The notes beneath the pieces were generated by a model. That model saw only the letters and a list, made by a program, of their open reading frames with translations, ran no database searches and was not told where the DNA came from. From Myxococcota bacterium (GTDB taxonomy: Bacteria; Myxococcota_A; Polyangia; Polyangiales; Houyiibacteriaceae), in contig JBCCEA010000004.1 in NCBI GenBank assembly GCA_039030515.1, forward strand, positions 93,797-157,796: a stretch of 64,000 nucleotides of DNA. Reading direction: 5' to 3'. Positions 59,169 to 64,000 of the stretch are shown one piece after another; the first letter of the stretch is position 1; each line of letters opens with the position of its first letter. A program made the translations under genes and the position numbers.

Positions 59169-60320
59169 TTAGGCGTCTCGGGTCTCGATGGGCTGCAGCG
59201 CTCGATCGGTCTGTCCCACCCAGATTTGACTGGGCCGAAAGATCCGATTGTCGTCGAGCTGCTCGAGTAGATGGGCTAGCCAACCGGAAACTCGAGCGAT
59301 CGCGAATACCGGGGTAAAAAGGTCGGTCGGAATGCCCAATTTTTCGTAAACGATTCCACTGTAGAAGTCGACGTTGGGAAAGATTCCCTTGTGCCCCACC
59401 AGTTCACGCATCTGCTGCTCCAGACGGAGTGCGGTCCCATACACCGGCGTGTGGCCGTGCTTGTCAAAAAGAGACGTCGCAAGATTTTGCAGAATGGTCG
59501 CCCGAGGATCTTTGACCTTGTACTCACGGTGCCCAAACCCAGATATTTTTTCCTTGCGCGCAAGTCTGTCCGTCGCCCAACTGCGGATGCCCTCGTCTGA
59601 ATCGTCTTCAATACTTCGAAGCATCTCCAGCACCCGCTCGTTGGCCCCACCGTGCAAGGGACCCGCAAGCGCCCCGATTGCGGAAGCGACAACCGCATAG
59701 GGATCCGCCAGCGTGGAACCGGTCACGCGCGCTGCGAAGGTCGAGGCGTTCATCGAGTGTTCTGCGTGGAGAATGAGGGCTACGTCGAAGACCCGGGCAG
59801 AAAGTTCCGTCGGGGTCTCTCCGGTGAGCATGTAGAGAAAATTAGCTGCATGGTTTAGGTCGCGCCTCGGCTGAATTGGTTCGTCCCCTTGCCGAATGCG
59901 GTGCCAAGCAGCGACTACCGTAGGCACTTTAGCAACGAGGCGGACCGCTGAGAGACGACGAAAACTGAGATCCTCTACGTGGTCACCCGGGTAGAACATA
60001 CCCATCGTAGCCACCGCCGCCGTCAACGCGTCCATAGGGTGTCCGCTCTCGGGAAGATGTTTAAGCACATCGACGATGCGAAACTTCAAACGGCGTTCGT
60101 TGGCCAGTCGAGCCTTGAACTCAGAAAGCTCGGCTGCGTTAGGTAGCGTTCCGAAGAGAAGCAGACGAATCACTTCTTCATACGTGCAAGTCTCTGCAAG
60201 GGACTCGATACTGTAACCGCGGTACTGTAGTTTCCCTGATTTTCCGTCGAGATAGCAAACACCCGAGCGTGCAGCAGGAACCCCCGCCAAGCCCGGTGCG
60301 TAAGCAGCTGTATCGGCCAT
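59169..60320 (-). CDS. gltA: Citrate synthase
   Basis: PGLAGV, LQYRGY, HAEHSMNAST, GPLHGGANE, GFGHREYK, PNVDFYSG. Start is ATG 60320; the ORF extends to 60383. Confidence 0.95.
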   Translation of the reverse strand: MADTAAYAPGLAGVPAARSGVCYLDGKSGKLQYRGYSIESLAETCTYEEVIRLLLFGTLPNAAELSEFKARLANERRLKFRIVDVLKHLPESGHPMDALTAAVATMGMFYPGDHVEDLSFRRLSAVRLVAKVPTVVAAWHRIRQGDEPIQPRRDLNHAANFLYMLTGETPTELSARVFDVALILHAEHSMNASTFAARVTGSTLADPYAVVASAIGALAGPLHGGANERVLEMLRSIEDDSDEGIRSWATDRLARKEKISGFGHREYKVKDPRATILQNLATSLFDKHGHTPVYGTALRLEQQMRELVGHKGIFPNVDFYSGIVYEKLGIPTDLFTPVFAIARVSGWLAHLLEQLDDNRIFRPSQIWVGQTDRALQPIETRDA

Positions 60321-60424
60321 AGAACCCTCATTCGTGATGGTGGAATCAGACGCAATCTGTGCATAGATAGCTGATGCGTCCATTGAGAACGTCGCGTCGC
60401 CGCGCGGACCCTTTACTAGACTTA

Positions 60425-60991
60425 CTACCTGCTTGGACTTTTGGCCACCAAAGGAGCGAGTTTGCGAGCCAAATTACGCGCTACTTCCGAAAGGCGTGCG
60501 TGAAGCACCAGGTCAGCAACAGGCGCGACCAACCTTGCATCGCGCGACCATCGGGAACTTGGCAAACCCTCGGAAAGAACCACCGTCGTCCCGGGCGTCC
60601 GCACAAGGGCAGGTGCTCCGCCAATCCCGATGACGCCTCTGTCCGAACCGGACTCGGCGAACCCTAGCTCCACAAAAGATGAAAACGCCTCATCCACCCT
60701 GTCCTGACCAAAGGTGAACCTGGGAAGAGAGTCTCCCCAAAGTTCGATCTGGTCGCGGTGGAACGCATCGGGATTCGGATCCGCTTCGCAAACGACCAAG
60801 CTCATCTCGACGTTCCGATGGCGAAGAGCGTCCCTTAGGCAGAAGGCAAACCCACATGTTTGCCGACCGTTGCCTGCGGGCGCAAGCACCAGCGATGGAA
60901 CCGCAAGCGGGGGGCGCGAGGCGAGGCGAGAAAAGTAAAACGGTTCCGATATCCCTGCGGGCGAAAGAAGAGAACGCCCCTTGGAGCTCAT
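60425..60991 (-). CDS. Hypothetical protein
   Basis: 188-aa ORF whose start overlaps the stop of the thioredoxin gene (ATGA). Confidence 0.55.
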   Translation of the reverse strand: MSSKGRSLLSPAGISEPFYFSRLASRPPLAVPSLVLAPAGNGRQTCGFAFCLRDALRHRNVEMSLVVCEADPNPDAFHRDQIELWGDSLPRFTFGQDRVDEAFSSFVELGFAESGSDRGVIGIGGAPALVRTPGTTVVLSEGLPSSRWSRDARLVAPVADLVLHARLSEVARNLARKLAPLVAKSPSR

Positions 60992-61629
60992 CCCCTCTCT
61001 ACCTCGAGCCCGTCCGACTCCCAGTGAAGAAAGCCTCCCGCTAGAAACGCAACTTCGGCGCCGTCTGCCCGCATCCGTTCCGCAAGATCCCGCGCCTCGT
61101 CGGAGGTTCGCCCGTACAGTACGAGGAGTCTGCCGTCTTTTTCCTGAAGCTCGCCCAGTCTCGTCTCTATTTCGGAGTGCGGCACGTTTGTCGCAGTCGG
61201 AATGCGGTAGCGGGCGAAGGTACCCGCATCCCTCAGGTCCACGACACGAACGCGGCCCGTGCGAAGCAGCTCGGCCAGGTCCTTCGGTTTGAGCTCGTCA
61301 GCCGAGGCCGGAAGCACCGGCTCCACCAGAGCAAGCAGCCCGGGCTTGTCGAGCAGACCCATATGCTGTCCGACGGGTCGCCCGTCTTTGAAAACGACCA
61401 ACATCGGTATCGACTGCACGCCGAAGCTCTGAGCGATCATCGGCGAACGTTCGACGTCGACCTTGCAGACCTTCAGTTTACCTTCGAGATCCCGTGCAAC
61501 TTCTTCAACGATAGGTGCGAGCTGCTTACACGGCCCACACCAATCCGCGTAAAGATCGATAAGCACGGGCAGCTCTGAGCGGAGCACATCGGTTTCGAAG
61601 GTTGAGTCTCTAACGCTTACAACGGTCAT
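60988..61629 (-). CDS. Thioredoxin fused to a rhodanese-like domain
   Basis: WCGPC and VQSIP; C-terminal VVDLR...RIPTA.NVP...LAGGFLHW. Confidence 0.88.
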   Translation of the reverse strand: MTVVSVRDSTFETDVLRSELPVLIDLYADWCGPCKQLAPIVEEVARDLEGKLKVCKVDVERSPMIAQSFGVQSIPMLVVFKDGRPVGQHMGLLDKPGLLALVEPVLPASADELKPKDLAELLRTGRVRVVDLRDAGTFARYRIPTATNVPHSEIETRLGELQEKDGRLLVLYGRTSDEARDLAERMRADGAEVAFLAGGFLHWESDGLEVERG

Positions 61630-61642
61630 CTGTCAGTCGCTC

Positions 61643-62377
61643 CTAGAGTTCGCAGGTTCCTAAAACGATAGCCACGCTCGCGCTTGTGCCAAGCCTCGTC
61701 GCCCCAGCGTGTACCATCGCATCCGCCTGAGCGGCATCCCGAATACCTCCGGAGGCCTTGATACCCATCTCATCGCCAACCGCGCGTCGCATCGCTGCAA
61801 CCGCGTCCAAAGTGGCCCCGACCGAGCCACCGAACCCGGTAGAGGTCTTCACAAATTCGGCGCCAGCCGCCTTGGAGAGAGCGCACGCAATGACGAGTTG
61901 GTCGCCCTGCAGTGCGCCTGTCTCGAGGATCACCTTGACCGTATGCCCTCGACTGGCCTGGACCACGGCTTCGACATCTCGATAGACATACGCAAAGTCT
62001 CGATCGCAAAGCGGTCCTCGACCGAGAACCATATCGACCTCGGTAGCGCCCTGTTCGATCGCCTCTGCTGCTTCGAACGCCTTGGCCTGAACACTCGCAG
62101 TGCCAAGGGGAAACCCCACCACCGCGGTGAGACCCACTGTTGAGCCCTCTAATTGCTGCGCGCAAAACGGAACATGAGCCGAACTGACGCAAACGGTGGC
62201 AAACCCGTACTCGAGCGCCTCTCTGCAAAGCGATTGAACATCGCTTTGACGCGCTTCTGGATGAAGCAAGGTGTGATCGATGCGTTCCGCAAGGTCCTGG
62301 CGAAAAGTCGGCGTTCGCCGAACAGTATGAGGAGCGACAAGGCCCTCGTCGGTTGCGTCCATCTGCGACCCCATCAC
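61643..62377 (-). CDS. deoC: Deoxyribose-phosphate aldolase
   Basis: IDHTLL, VVGFPLG, EVDMV, KVILET, FVKTSTGF, KASGGIR, RLGTS. Confidence 0.96.
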   Translation of the reverse strand: MMGSQMDATDEGLVAPHTVRRTPTFRQDLAERIDHTLLHPEARQSDVQSLCREALEYGFATVCVSSAHVPFCAQQLEGSTVGLTAVVGFPLGTASVQAKAFEAAEAIEQGATEVDMVLGRGPLCDRDFAYVYRDVEAVVQASRGHTVKVILETGALQGDQLVIACALSKAAGAEFVKTSTGFGGSVGATLDAVAAMRRAVGDEMGIKASGGIRDAAQADAMVHAGATRLGTSASVAIVLGTCEL

Positions 62378-62537
62378 AGGACCATAGCGTCCAGTTCGTC
62401 TCAGATCGAGTTTGGTTGCTCTGCAAACGTTCGATGCCTGGGTGGCCTCATCTACCGGGGTTTGGTCGCTCCACAGCCTGAAATATCCTCAACTTCGCGT
62501 GATCCACCTGCTAGGGTGCGATTCGATTGAGCGAGTA

Positions 62538-64000
62538 ATGGATGCGACGTGCGAACGATGCGGCACGAAACACGAGTTTGACGAGACGCTCGTTTCGGAT
62601 CGCGGCACCTCGGTGAGGTGCTCTAATTGTGATCATCTGTTTCGCGTATTCCGTCCGCCTGGGGAGAGGACTACGGAAGCCTGGACGATCGTTCGGAGCC
62701 ACGGAATTGAAGTCGCTATCGATTCGCTAAAAGACCTCCAAATTCGAATCGCTCGCGGCCTTCTCTCAACCGACGATCGAATCCGGCAGGGTCGACGACC
62801 AGACCGTCGACTTGGAGACATGGTTGAGTTCCAGACCTTTTTCGAGGCGGCGGAGGCCGTGAAGTGCATCGAGGCAGAACCAGCCCATGGCGAATCAGAA
62901 ACACCCACCCTTACCGGCGTAGGTCGCGTCGGGGCTCGAAGGGGTCGCCTGAGTGCCGAACCTTCCGGCCAAGCTCCGGTGGAGCGCCAGAGGATGAACG
63001 CCAACCTGAGTACCGAACCTGCCGGCCAAGCTCCGGTGGAGGAACGATCGAAGGCTCGAGCCCCTCAACTCGATCTTGAAGTACCCGAGCTTCCAGTGCG
63101 TCGAAACCATGTCGGAACCGCAATGATGGTGCTGCTGCTCCTAGGTGGTTCGACCGCGTATCTATACGGCGCGTCTGAGCGTCATCCAGGTGCAGAGCGA
63201 CTCTCGGAGATCTCCGAGCAGGCCGCGCGACACGAGGCGAAAGCGCTGCCGGAAGCGGCACTGCAAGAGGCAGAGGCGAACGCTGCGGCGCCGCAGGATG
63301 CGGCGGAGTCGGAAGCTGCGGCACCGGCGGAAGCTGCGGCACCGGCGGAAGCTGCGGCACCGGCAACATTCGAGGTTGAGTCTGAAACCCCGTCGCAACC
63401 GGCAAAGAGACCGTTAATAGCGGCCGGCCCAGCACCGCTCGTGGAAGCTTTGGAGTCCACTCCGTCCGAAGAAGCATCCGGGGGCGCTCCTCCGGATGGG
63501 AAGGACTATCGATACTATAAGCGACGCGCTCAAGCCCTGCTCGAGGCCGGTCAGCCCAATGCGGCAAAGGCCTACTTCGAGGCAGCCCTCCGCGAGCGTC
63601 CGGGTGCAGCTGAGGCACTCACCGGGATGGGATTTGTGGCTTTCGGTACTGGGGATGCACGCTCGGCGGCACGCTACTTCGAGTCCGCCTCAAGAACCGG
63701 TTATACCGACGCGTACGTGGGTTTAGGTCACGCCTACCTACGTCTAGGCGATCAGCAAGCCGCGCTTCGGGCCTATCGAGACTACATCGACCGACGGCCC
63801 ACCGGCCCCCATGCGACGCTCGCTCAGAGACGAATTGAAAGCCTGACAGCACTGCCGAGTGAGCCGGAGGCAGCAATACCGATGGGTACAGCCACGTCGA
63901 GCAACCCAGCCACGTCGAGCAACCCAGCCACGTCGAGCAACCCAGCCACGTCGAGCAACCCAGCCACGTCGAGCAACCCAGCCACGTCGAGCAACCCAGC
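62538..64000 (+). CDS. Zinc-ribbon (MJ0042-type) / GYF-like / TM / TPR protein, 3'-truncated; missing from the ORF track
   Basis: Translated by hand: MDATCERCGTKHEFDETLVSDRGTSVRCSNCDHLFRVF, a GYF_2-like segment, TM (AMMVLLLLGG), A/P/E linker and TPRs; no stop before the window end. Confidence 0.85.
   Translation, partial: MDATCERCGTKHEFDETLVSDRGTSVRCSNCDHLFRVFRPPGERTTEAWTIVRSHGIEVAIDSLKDLQIRIARGLLSTDDRIRQGRRPDRRLGDMVEFQTFFEAAEAVKCIEAEPAHGESETPTLTGVGRVGARRGRLSAEPSGQAPVERQRMNANLSTEPAGQAPVEERSKARAPQLDLEVPELPVRRNHVGTAMMVLLLLGGSTAYLYGASERHPGAERLSEISEQAARHEAKALPEAALQEAEANAAAPQDAAESEAAAPAEAAAPAEAAAPATFEVESETPSQPAKRPLIAAGPAPLVEALESTPSEEASGGAPPDGKDYRYYKRRAQALLEAGQPNAAKAYFEAALRERPGAAEALTGMGFVAFGTGDARSAARYFESASRTGYTDAYVGLGHAYLRLGDQQAALRAYRDYIDRRPTGPHATLAQRRIESLTALPSEPEAAIPMGTATSSNPATSSNPATSSNPATSSNPATSSNPATSSNP
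62948..63041. repeat. 37-bp direct repeat, period 57 bp, in frame
   Basis: 62948-62984 versus 63005-63041, 2 mismatches (LSAEPSGQAPVE / LSTEPAGQAPVE). Confidence 0.85.
63310..63363. repeat. Perfect in-frame 18-bp x3 repeat (EAAAPA)
   Basis: cggaagctgcggcaccgg x3. Confidence 0.9.
63889..64000. repeat. Perfect in-frame 18-bp tandem repeat, at least 6 copies (ATSSNP), running off the window
   Basis: cagccacgtcgagcaacc x6 plus cagc. Confidence 0.97.

Noticed and set aside
59159..59179. Inverted repeat centred on the gltA stop codon
   Set aside because: Short, bulged, minimal loop and no U tract; could be chance.
62911..63618. 235-aa minus-strand Pro-rich ORF
   Set aside because: Shadow of the + strand zinc-ribbon/TPR gene, which has recognisable domains.
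63889..64000. CRISPR array or telomere-like repeat
   Set aside because: Spacer-less 18-bp in-frame coding repeat.

Overview
A 64 kb, gene-dense, GC-rich chromosomal segment. Gene content points to a myxobacterium (Myxococcota, probably Polyangiales-like): FHA-cyclases, zinc-ribbon/GYF/TPR proteins and Cys-rich vWA lipoproteins. Housekeeping genes are polA, ffh, accA, rpoZ, groES-groEL, prmC, pilB, pyrC, carA, a double-length uvrA, gltA and deoC. Signalling genes encode REC-GAF-HD-GYP, FHA-GGDEF, FHA-GAF-adenylate cyclase and a GAF-GAF histidine kinase. Envelope genes encode MltD-like, TsaP-like and CpoB-like proteins and several lipoproteins. A MoxR/DUF58/BatA-vWA/DUF4175/peptidase module is present, with its likely partners (vWA-GATase-like, DUF4159) about 15 kb away on the other strand. 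I found no tRNA, rRNA, CRISPR array, phage or transposase. The most unusual observations are: (1) a roughly 150-nt rod-like RNA candidate with a 6S-like layout upstream of pilB; (2) repeated tandem 'echo' copies of gene 3' ends straddling stop codons (six clear cases); (3) two CIRCE-like operators between groES and a divergent pair of uncharacterised genes, one with a zincin-like motif; and (4) the split MoxR/vWA/protease envelope module. All family assignments come from motif recognition by eye, not database searches.
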